From contig CM022677.1 in assembly GCA_012295275.1 (NCBI GenBank), forward strand, positions 9,238,001-9,302,000: a stretch of 64,000 nucleotides of DNA, read 5' to 3'. The notes below the pieces were generated by a model, which saw only the letters and a list, made by a program, of their open reading frames with translations, ran no database searches and was not told where the DNA came from. Made by a program: the position numbers and the translations under genes. The stretch is from Chrysomallon squamiferum (Eukaryota > Animalia > Mollusca). Shown in pieces: positions 52,913 through 64,000 of this stretch. The first letter of the stretch is position 1, and each line of letters starts with the position of its first letter.

Positions 52913-55451
52913 CTAAACAATTTTCCACTGCATGACACAGCAGTCTTTGCCTCCAACTGTCAGTACGTAGTTATCTGACGGACTAAAGCGAGTGTTGAAA
53001 ACTGTCTGGTGACACTTGTAAGTGTGACTGAAAACCTGAAACAAACTTCTTTAATTTCATTTCTTACAACATAGCATTTCTTTTATTTATAACAATTTAC
53101 GTCATTTGTAACGAAGCAGTTGTTTCTTATTTGTGAGGATATATGTATATGATAATACATCACTAATTAAGTATTCTCAAAAAGATAAATGTTCTTGTAA
53201 TATTGGCTTGGAACTAATTTTGCTGCATTTTTCTGTATGTTTGAACAAGTGATTTCATTTCATGTAATATTTGATGTGTGTGTGTGTGTGCAAATACCTG
53301 AATATTGTCTTTAAAATTCTATTCTCGTGTTGTAACAGAACTTTTTTTTATCAGTGCAGTTAGTTTGAACAGACTGAGGTGTTACTTACTCCTGGTTTTG
53401 AACAAGGGTATCTGAACAGACTGAGGTAGCCTCTGCTGTCTCCCATAGCAACCACACTTTTAGATGAATTCACATCAACAGCATGGATTATTGATTCTCT
53501 CCCTTGTTTTGATCCCCACAATCCTGATAGTTGTGTCAACAACAATAAAAAGAGAATAAGACTATTTTAATAATATTTAGATAATAAAATTATATCATGC
53601 AATAATGACAAAAGTAAAAAGAGAATAAGACTATTTTAATAATATTTAGTACAATCCTAAATATATCATACAATAATAAAAAAAATTAAAATATTCTCAT
53701 TTTTGTATGTTTTTAATAAAAGAAAAAAGAAACAGAAATTAAAAAAGAAATTTCTACTGACTAAAGAATGCACAACCAATAAAACTCTTAAAAAAAAAAA
53801 ATGAAGTAAAATAAAAAACAAATTAAAAAAAGTTTTAACCTATAAGTTTGTGGTCGACAATGCACTGATCAGACGCCCACTTCATCTCTTCACACACATT
53901 TCCTTGTACAGCCTCCAGTCTACCCACATTCCCTGAAATCAGAGGTTTTTTTAAAATAAATATTTTCACCTAAATATTTACATGCATCTGAGCTTGGAGC
54001 TTATTACTGAACTGAGTAAATAATAAAATTAAGTTAACATGTTACTACACTTTCACTTTTTTAATTTTCAAATTACCTGATGCTTGATAAATTTCACAAT
54101 ATCATAAGAATAGTTTCCACAAAAAAGATGTTTTCTTAACAGATAAATACATTTTTATATCTGTGTTAAAAAGCAGCTGTGAGGAAACTCACAAAATCTC
54201 TGATCAAAAGCTGATGAACTTGACTTGAGATAATAATCTCCATTGTATCTGTCTGCTGACCAGTCCATGGACACAACACTTCCATGGTGACCCTGTGAAC
54301 AAAATAGATTTCAAATATCTGTATTATTTTGTTTACAGGAGGGCCAGATTAAGATAGTGCAGGTCCTCTAGTATACCTGGGTCTTAAATTAAATACACAT
54401 GATCATTATGTTGTGATGTACTGAAACTGATATTTTGATGTATCACATTAAAATGCATAAACAGGTAACAAAATATTAGTTTTATTTTTACATCAGCACA
54501 AACCATACAGAAATAAAATAACTTTTTCAAAATTTTGTTTCATTTCATGTGACTTACTTCATTTATTAGAAACTAATGAAATATAAATATAAATTTTACA
54601 CGAAAACAGATTTCTTATTTTTACATTTCTTTGACAAAAATGACAAAATGAAAATGCAATATAATCAGAATGATATTATTACTTTCACTAACAGTAAATC
54701 TAATTTATTAAATTATCAAAAAAAAATTTGTTTGAGATTACATATATCCTTATATTTTGATTTTTAGATTTGCTATTATAAAACAATCAGATGATGTAAT
54801 CAAAACATAACATAAAAACAGAGACAGTAAATCAGAGAACCTACTTTACATTTTCCCTGCATTTCCCAAACTGCACCTGTGTCCTCCCTCTCCACCAGAC
54901 TAAATATGTAAATAGCTTTGTCATGTCCACCCACAGCAATAGACATACAGTCTGAAATTAATAACAAAGTATGAAATTAATAACACTGTCTGAAAATAAC
55001 AATAACAGATGTAAAGACAGATATTATTAAAAATGCACATACAAATTAAAAATATTACAAAACATTAAAAATTTAAAAACAAAATACCTCAAACACTTCT
55101 TATAATAAACTCAACAGTTTAAAGATAAAAAAATGTATTTGAAAACACACACACACACACACACATATACCTGTGTGTGTGTGTGTGTTGTGTGTATGTA
55201 TGTTAACCAATGACACCAAATAAGATTCACAGAGAGAGAGAGAGATTTATAAAAACACATGTACCTGGTGATAATTTGATCGTGTCCAAACGCTCCTTGG
55301 TTAGCTTCATGTTAAATGCTTGAGTCACTGACAAGTCTGCTGGATTTAACTCTAGTATTACTAAACTGAAACATACACAAATCAAATACATTTATCATTC
55401 TCTGTTCATTTTCCCAAATTATATACCAAAAATATTAAATCAGAAATTATC

Positions 55452-55494
<43 letters not shown>

Positions 55495-55756
55495 TTTATT
55501 GTTGTTGTTATTGTTTTGTAGTTGTTATTGTTGCTGTTATTACTATTATTGTTGCTGTGCTGATAGAAGTCAGAATTATGATACACTTACTGCCCATCAT
55601 GAGTACCTAGAGTCAGTAGTTTACCATCAGAACTGCAGTCAATACACAGAAATGTTGTCTCCTGAACAGTTACAAAAAGAAATAATAATAATAATAATAG
55701 TAATAATAATAATAATGATAATAATAATGATGATAATAATAATGATGATCATAATA

Positions 55757-55787
<31 letters not shown>

Positions 55788-56621
55788 CAATAATAACAAC
55801 CATCATGATGAGTGCAAATAGCAAAATGTTAAACGAGCCAACTCAACACAAAGTTAGCTACTCTAAAGTCTGACTTACTAGACAATAATATTATTAGTCA
55901 GTAACAGACTAATCAATTAATGATGACCTTATAATATTCTATTCGTAACATCCTTTGTGTCTATTTTCAATTAATAATAGCCTTCATGATAATTATCTAT
56001 TGATAACAACCTTCATGACAACTTATAATTATCTATTAATAACAACCTTCATGACAATTTATAATTATCTATTAATAACAACCTTCATGACAATTTATAA
56101 TTATCTATTAATAACAACCTTCATGACAATTTTCCACACCGGCTGGTGCTGTTCTGAGTTGTATTTACAGATGACCCCGTCCACACCTGCGGTGATGAAA
56201 TCTGCCTGTGTAAACGAGCGAGCAATTGTCTGCAGACCTCGGACATCATCAAAATGACCCTGGAAATTTTTAACATTAAAATAGTTGATTTAAAAGAAGA
56301 GATGTTAATATTGAAATAGTTGATGATGTTAAATATTGATGATGCAAAAATAGTTTGGATATGCTAAAATAGTTTATTTAAAAATAAAGAGATGCTATAA
56401 AACAGTGGATAATTATTAATCTGTAAACCTTGACATTTTTTGGTAGTCCCATATTTATAAAAACTCTGATAAAAACTTTCGACTTTTCTGATTATAGCTA
56501 AATTACTTGGATAGAACAAAACTTAATAATGTATTTTTTATTTTTTCACAAATATATGATATATGTATATTCTAAAAGTTTAAAAAACGGCAAATGTGTG
56601 GCTGAATAAAAGTATGTACAA

Positions 56622-56652
<31 letters not shown>

Positions 56653-59600
56653 CTTTGATACAATAAGTTTAAAAATGTTAGAGTTTTCTTGAACTAATGT
56701 CACAATTGTAATTAATTCCCAGTGATTCAAACCATTATTACAGTATCAGGTTTTAAACAAAATAAACATATATAAAGAATACATGCATGTATATAAACTG
56801 CAAAAAACTACATCAGACTAATTTATTTGTAAAAATATCCATTCTAAAATCAGATTTGAAAGGAACATTTTGTACAAAGAAAGAAATGGTTATAATAATT
56901 ACAACGACACTAACCTGTGTGATGGGCAGCTGGTCAAATTGAGCACCTTCTAGTGGTGAACCTTTTCCTGCCAGAGTCAAAGACAGAATTGAGTTCATTG
57001 TTGTCCCTACCAAAGAGAGTCCCTGTGGTGACACAGCATGCGTACACCACCCTCACTCTGTGGAAGCTGAAAATTAGAATACTCAGAATTTTCTATCTGA
57101 AAACAGTCAGCTAATCTGAAATATACCGAAAATTAATTTTAATGTCAGACTTGTGTGTGGTAATAATTAGATGAGAAAGAAAATCCATGTTAAGCTTGCC
57201 ATGTCCAACAATACTACAGATCATACTATTGTCAAAATATTGACTTTTCAAATGTTCCATGTCTAACAATGGTGATAGTTTTTACTGTGTCAAAGTGTCA
57301 CTTACTGTCAGTGACCCTGCATTGTCCATGTTTTTGTTCCACTGCCAGCATTCCAGAGTTCCATCTCGCCCTCCAGTCAGAATGTGGTGCTTGTAATACA
57401 GCACTGTAAACACTGGACACTGCAAAACAACAACAACAACAACAATAATAACAGTAACAGTAACAACAACAACAACAACAACAATAACAGTAACAGTAAC
57501 AACAGTAACAACAACAGTAACAGTAACAAAAACAACAACAACAGTAACACTGGGAGTTTTTGTAATTGCCTCATGCCCATGTTTGATAAAATTTGTGATT
57601 CTGTTTCCACTGCTGCCCCAGATGTAGATAGTTCCATTAGAGTCTCCAGTGATGAGATCTCCCCGCTCTGTGTGAGTCTGACAAATCACAAACCTCGCTC
57701 GCAGGTAATTCTGAAACAATAAACATGAAACATAATTCTAAAACAATAAACATGAAACATAATTCTGAAACAAAAAAAATATATAATTCTGAAACAATAA
57801 ACATGAAATATAATTCTGAAACAAAAAAACATAAAACATAATTCATCATAAAACATTTACTGATATTTACTTTTTTAATAATGTTCTGTCTTCTTACTTA
57901 TTTGAAACTTTAATCTCAGAGACTATCTTAACACATTCGGTGCTGGGTGTTTTGGGCATTTTCAAAAATGAAACATGTTTCTGCTCATACTCGCCATGAT
58001 TTTCTGAATGGTGGGGAAGCCCGAAGTAGATCAGTAATTGCCTACATCAGCACTGTGAGTCATGTCACTAATGCATGGCAACTGTAAAAGTATGATGGAG
58101 ATCTCCGTCATTCGGCACCAAACGTGTTAATAATGCATTAAATATTTGCTGAGTATTTTTATTCTCAGAAAAACTGAACAAGTTGTATTTTAGATAAAAA
58201 AAATTGTTAATTCTATGATTGTGTTAGATGATTTTGATAAAATAAACAACTATTATCTAAGAAGTGATTTCTACCAAAATGTTTTATCACACTGGAATGG
58301 TTTCAAACCTCATAATCTGGTTTAGCAAATTTCTGTATGGTGTGAGTTTCAGGGTAGAGTTTCCACCACCCTATGTGCTCTTTCCCCACTGTGACAAGCA
58401 GGTTCCTGTCCACCGGGTTGAAACCAACAGAACAAACCACATCTATGTTTATCTGTCAAAAAAACGTTATTATTTCTTCTTCAAACAAGCCATTAAAAAT
58501 ACATTAAACTGAGAAAGGTGATGTTTATTTCTCCAATTAATTTTATATATATGTTTCTTTAAGAAATTGTGGTAATTATGTTGAGGGATAGTGTATTTAC
58601 TAATTTGACAACGCTATCATTGCTGATAACAATACTCCTTTTTCTTAGTTATTTCTTAAATTCCTCCCAACACAATTTACACACTTCTATGTAACATTAA
58701 TTTCAGATTAGCTAATACAAAATATTGTAAACAGTACATTAATAATTTTTTCTTACAGTGGTGTCTGCCACAAGTCTGCCATCATTAGTGTCCCAGACAG
58801 TTAGGCGTTTCTCCAAACTCTGATCCACTGACGCAAATAAATCCTAAACAAAATATAAATACTAATAAATCTGTGAGAAAACTACTGTGTGTGAAAAAAC
58901 TACTGTGTGTGATAATCTAACTGTGAAAAAACTCTTGTGTGTGATAAATCTAACTGAGTGTGATAAATCTAACTGAAAAAACTACTGTGTGTGATAAATC
59001 TAACTGTGTGTGATAAATCTAACTGTGTGTGATAAATCTAACTGAAAAAACTGTGTGTGATAAATCTAACTGTGTGTGATAAATCTAACTGAAAAAACTA
59101 CTGTGTGTGATAAATCTAACTGTGTGTGATAAATCTAACTGAAAAAACTGTGTGTGATAAATCCAACTGTGAAAAAAACTACAGTATGATAAACCTGTGT
59201 GAAAACTACTGTAAGATAATCTGTGTGATAAATTTGTGTGAAAAGTACTGTGTGATAAATCTAACTGTGAGAGAGCTACTGTGTATGATAAATATAATGT
59301 GAGAAAACTACTCGTATGATAATCTGTGTGAAAACTACTGTGTATGATAATCTGTGTGAAAACTACTTTATGATAATCTGTGTGAAAACTTCTGTGTGTG
59401 ATAATCATTAACAAGACTGTATCACATAACAAGAACAAAACTATGCTAGATGACCTTTAGTTTACTTCACCGATGATAAAGCAGAATAATTAAACAACTT
59501 ATTTAGAAAGATATTCTGACTATGTATATTTTTACTGAAACAATTCTATAACTAAAAACATTACATTAATACATAAAAAAAAGCAATAATAAATTTAAAT

Positions 59601-62206
59601 ACAAAATTTTAAAAACCCAATAATTTAAAAATACAAATATGGTTATTTCACTTCTAATGGACATTTAAGTGACTTGACATACAAGTGTGAAACTCACAGC
59701 ATTGAGAGGAAAAGCTATAGATGTCACTGCCTTTGTAAACATTCCACTTCCCAGGACATGAAGAGTCTGTAGAGTGTCTGCCCGCCACACCCGCACCACT
59801 GCCTGAAACAAAACATTTTTTTAAACACAAACAGCAGTTTATACATTTATTTCTTCATGTTTTGTTAGATAAATCTGTTGTCTGAGACTTTACCAACTGT
59901 TAAGCAAACATATTTTTCTTGACTATTTATTAACTGTCACCAGTGTCATAAAATTTATCATGCATCAGGTAATTTGAAAATTAAAAAAGTGACAGTGTAG
60001 TAACATGTTAACTTACTCAGTTCAGTAATAAGCTCCAAGATCAGATGCATGTAAATATTTAGGTGAAAATATTTATTTTAAAAAAACCTCTGATTTCAGG
60101 GAATGTGGGTAGACTGGAGGCTGTACAAGAAAATGTGTGTGAAGAGATGAAGTGGGCGTCTGATCAGTGCATTGATGACAACAAACATTTTTTCACATAA
60201 TTACAATTTTATAATGATTGAAGTATTTCAAATCTGTGTCTTATAATCTCAAAAACAACAGAGAACTTCCTACTGACAGCTTGCCATAAACTGAAAAAAA
60301 ACATCACACAAGATACCAGTTCAAGCTTTCTAACACAGACACATACTTAAAAAATATAATTTATTATATTATTATTTTAAATTAATAATATTTTTAAAAT
60401 GTTTTTAAAAAATGAAGAAATAAATAAATGTGAAAATTAAAATAAAACAAAATAAATAAATAAATAATAATTAGAATATTTTAAAATCAGACAACAAACC
60501 AGATTGTTTACAGAGTTATCTTTGCTTGAACACTGCCCACTTGCAATGATATTTCCATTTGAATGCACAGCCATGCTGAAAAATATAACTTATGTAAGTA
60601 AAATTTCACAATTAATACATTAATTATTAACAGTTAAAGAATTTCAAATCAGATCACAAAGATAATAAAAGAAGAAGAAATGTCCATCATAAAAAGTTCC
60701 TGTAATTTGAATGCCTGACTGGAAGTCAAATGATTATTAACATGGATAAAGATTTCTAAGAAGATTTTTTCTTTTAATATTTTCTATATATTATTTGTTT
60801 TTAATTTTAGAAACTTTAACCATAGAAGCAGAACAGAATCATCTAAAATGTTGGAGTTATTATTATTGCTGTTGTTCTTTCTATTATTATTATTGTTATT
60901 ATTATTATTATTATTATATTATTATTATTACTATTATTACTATTACTGTTGTATAATAATCATAATAATAGCAATAATAATAATTTTTATTATTATTATT
61001 ATTATTACTATTATTATTATTACTACAATTATTATTATTATTATTATTATTATATTATTATTCATGCATTATTACAGATAGATATTTAACTAAACTAATC
61101 ACCACTTGATGTACTGGGTGTGGTCTCTGTAGTGTCTCTGAGTGTGGGAGACTCTGCTGTACAGAATCACTGTGTTACAGATGAAGTAGCAGATTTCCTC
61201 ATTTGCTAGGATATGAATATTCATACGACAGTCGTGTCCACGGTAACCATATCTGATGTAATTATTTATTATGCATTTAATACATGTTGTTAAATTTAAT
61301 ATTATTAAATATTTTAAAGCAACTGAAATAGTACACTTGTGTATGAGTGATTTGTTACCATGTTTAATTAAGAGACTAGTTTACTAGTATCACTACTGTT
61401 CAGTATACAAGTTCAGTACTACTACAAATATTACTGGTCCTATATTCTGCAATACTAGTTTAGTAATAAGAGTTTAGTAAAAATGTTACTAATAATACTA
61501 TGACTACATTTTACTCTAGTATACTTATGTTACTATGATTACATATTATTATAGAATAATACTACCAATATTACTATGACTACATATTACTCTAATATAA
61601 TACTACTGATTTTACTGTTACTAAGTTTTGTTACTACTACTAATACTACTACTGCTACATACTAATAATACTAGTTTAGTAATATGTAAACTATTAATAT
61701 CTGACATCCAGTCAAGTTGTAGTCTTTCTCGTGGAGGATCAATCGGATGTTTGTTGTCGCTGTAGGAACTGGGACGAAATATCCTAACATTTTTCTCATG
61801 GATGTTGACGATGACGTCGCTAGGATTGATCAGTTCTGGTTCACAGTCAGACTCAGCATCGGCTGTCACATCTGCAACACAAATGAGATTGTATCTTTCT
61901 GTTATTTTTGTAAACAAATTTAAAATAAAATTATAATGCAATAAACTTTTCTGAATATTTGTGACACTGACCCAGAAATATACATATATTAAAATGTCAC
62001 AATTTGTCTTTAGTTTCATTTCATTTTGTCCTAGTTTCAGGTTAAAAACAAATAGAAAACAATTTAAAAAAAAATATTACTTAAAATATACTTATCACAG
62101 ACAGACGTGCCTTGTATTTTGTTTAATTGTTTGTTGTTTTCTGTAGAAATGTTTTTTCTGTTGACACTGTTGCCTGACAACTCTGGCTGTGATTCCTTTA
62201 AGCTGT
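52913..62206 (-). CDS. EML: Echinoderm microtubule-associated protein-like (EMAP/EML; HELP + WD40 TAPE domain), 5' end off-window. Exons (minus): 62206-62111 (tentative), 61871-61706, 61252-61103, 60575-60500, 59802-59698, 58843-58757, 58452-58309, 57710-57570, 57419-57306, 57066-56915 (1-nt frameshift), 56259-56119, 55661-55591, 55365-55265, 54951-54845, 54292-54193, 53932-53840, 53523-53390, 53035-52913
   Basis: HELP motif PPRERLQLDWIYGYRGHDCRMN across an intron; EML-typical LITGDSNGTIYIW, TGGRDG, LVGTT, TQGH, GDSRGYLSLFRYPC, TVGGKDCCVMQWKIV*. All intron phases are consistent except the 152-nt exon. Confidence 0.88.
55975..56131. repeat. 36-bp minisatellite (4-5 copies) containing an EML splice donor
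   Basis: Unit TTATAATTATCTATTAATAACAACCTTCATGACAAT; the minus strand reads ATGAAG|GTTGTT in each copy. Confidence 0.9.
57707..57846. repeat. ~27-bp minisatellite (~5 copies) containing an EML splice acceptor
   Basis: Unit AATTCTGAAACAATAAACATGAAACAT; the minus strand reads TTGTTTCAG|AATTA. Confidence 0.85.
57932..58126. mobile_element. piggyBac-type MITE (~195 bp) in an EML intron
   Basis: TTAA on both sides (57928-57931, 58127-58130); TIRs CACATTCGGTGC / GCACCAAACGTG (10/12 complementary). Confidence 0.75.
58868..59405. repeat. Intronic minisatellite of ~19-31 bp units
   Basis: Recurring CTGTGTGTGATAAATCTAACTG(AAAAAACTA). Confidence 0.9.
59950..60186 (+). repeat. Inverted duplicate of EML exon 53840-53932 plus adjacent intron (source ~53845-54095), located in another EML intron
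   Basis: 60000-60185 (..CTCTGATTTCAGGGAATGTGGGTAGACTGGAGGCTGTACAAGAAAATGTGTGTGAAGAGATGAAGTGGGCGTCTGATCAGTGCATTG..) is the near-exact reverse complement of 53860-54045, with a few substitutions and one ~13-nt deletion. Confidence 0.93.
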
Positions 62207-62519
62207 CTGTTAATAAACAACATAGCAGTACTTACCAGTAGAATATGTAATGTACTATTACTGAACTTGTATAACATTAGTAATATTGATATTAGTAACA
62301 GTATTGCAAAACAGGTATTCAATAGTAGAAATATTAGTATTTTATTACTAATCTAATAATAGTTCTATTACAGCAATAGTAACAAGTATTAGAACTAAAT
62401 ATAGTAAATATAATAAACTAATATTATAATAAACTAGTAACATAATAAAGAGTAACATTAGTAACACTAAGCCATTAGGTAGTAGTAATAGTAACATTAA
62501 TATTAGTAGTATTACAGAA

Positions 62520-64000
62520 TTATTAGTAGTAGTGTATGTTACTTCATACTAAATTAGTAGTGGTAGTTATTAGTAGTAGTAGTGTATGTTACTTCATACT
62601 AAATTAGTACTGGTAGTTATTAGTAGTAGTAGTGTATGTTATGGTAGTTATTAGTAGTAGTAGTGTATGTTATGGTAGTTATTAGTAGTAGTAGTGTATG
62701 TTATGGTAGTTATTAGTAGTAGTAGTGTATGTTATGGTAGTTATTAGTAGCAGTAGTGTATGTTACTTCAAACTAAATTAGTACTGGTAGTTATTAGTAG
62801 TAGTAGTGTATGTTATGGTAGTTATTAGTAGTAGTAGTGTATGTTACTTCATACTAAATTAGTACTGGTAGTTATTAGTAGCAGTAGTGTATGTTACTTC
62901 ATACTAAATTAGTACTGGTAGTTAGTAGTAGTAGTAGTGTATGTTATGGTAGTTATTAGTAGTAGTAGTGTATGTTACTTCATACTAAATTAGTACTGGT
63001 AGTTAGTAGTAGTAGTAGTGTATGTTATGGTAGTTATTAGTAGTAGTAGTGTATGTTACTTCATACTAAATTAGTACTGGTAGTTATTAGTAGTAGTAGT
63101 GTATGTTACTTCATACTAAATTAGTACTGGTAGTTAGTAGTAGTAGTGTATGTTATGGTAGTTATTATTAGTAGTAGTGTATGTTACTTCATACTAAATT
63201 AGTACTGGTAGTTATTAGTAGTAGTAGTGTATGTTATGGTAGTTATTAGTAGTAGTAGTGTATGTTATGGTAGTTATTAGTAGTAGTAGTGTATGTTACT
63301 TCAAACTAAATTAGTACTGGTAGTTATTAGTAGTAGTAGTGGATGTTATGGTAGTTATTAGTAGTAGTAGTGTATGTTATGGTAGTTATTAGTAGTAGTA
63401 GTGTATGTTACTTCAAACTAAATTAGTACTGGTAGTTATTAGTAGTAGTAGTGTATGTTATGGTAGTTATTAGTAGTAGTAGTGTATGTTATGGTAGTTA
63501 TTAGTAGTAGTAGTGTATGTTACTTCAAACTAAATTAGTACTGGTAGTTATTAGTTAGTAGTGGATGTTATGGTAGTAGTAGTAGTAGTGTATGTTATGG
63601 TAGTTATTAGTAGTAGTAGTGTATGTTACTTCAAACTAAATTAGTACTGGTAGTTATTAGTAGTAGTAGTGTATGTTATGGTAGTTATTAGTAGTAGTAG
63701 TGTATGTTATGGTAGTTATTAGTAGTAGTAGTGTATGTTACTTCAAACTAAATTAGTACTGGTAGTTATTAGTAGTAGTAGTGTATGTTATGGTAGTTAT
63801 TAGTAGTAGTGTATGTTATGGTAGTTATTAGTAGTAGTAGTGTATGTTACTTCAAACTAAATTAGTACTGGTAGTTATTAGTAGTAGTAGTGTATGTTAT
63901 GGTAGTTATTAGTAGTAGTAGTGTATGTTACTTCATACTAAATTAGTACTGGTAGTTATTAGTAGTAGTAGTGTATGTTATGGTAGTTATTAGTAGCAGT
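62520..64000. repeat. Intronic minisatellite of two interspersed unit lengths (~31 bp and ~52 bp), running off the window
   Basis: GGTAGTTATTAGTAGTAGTAGTGTATGTTAT with or without the CTTCA(T/A)ACTAAATTAGTACT insert. Confidence 0.93.

Overview
Eukaryotic, very AT-rich and microsatellite-dense animal genomic DNA (mollusc/octopod-like by composition and gene content; this is an inference). Most short ORFs in the track are microsatellite or repeat artefacts. Supported genes: the first coding exon of a histidine decarboxylase-like gene (minus, MDFDEYRKRG, continuing off the left edge); a single-coding-exon DHHC palmitoyltransferase (minus) head-to-head with a 1086-aa acidic-repeat/ankyrin gene (plus); a 14-exon type I membrane protein with two ependymin/LolA-like domains and an acidic repeat stalk (plus), with an internally deleted Ty3/gypsy element in its first coding intron; and a multi-exon EMAP/EML-like HELP-WD40 gene (minus, continuing off the right edge) with a 1-nt frameshift. 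The centre (24.1-34.3 kb) is a homogeneous array of 15 head-to-tail copies of a CpG-rich ~660-bp non-coding unit with several potential stem-loops. It is flanked by older diverged monomers in both orientations, including a ~200-bp-arm fold-back at the array's right edge. Other highlights are an antisense intronic copy of an EML coding exon (potential long-range dsRNA/editing element), several minisatellites that duplicate splice sites or a start codon, and three probable GC-AG introns.
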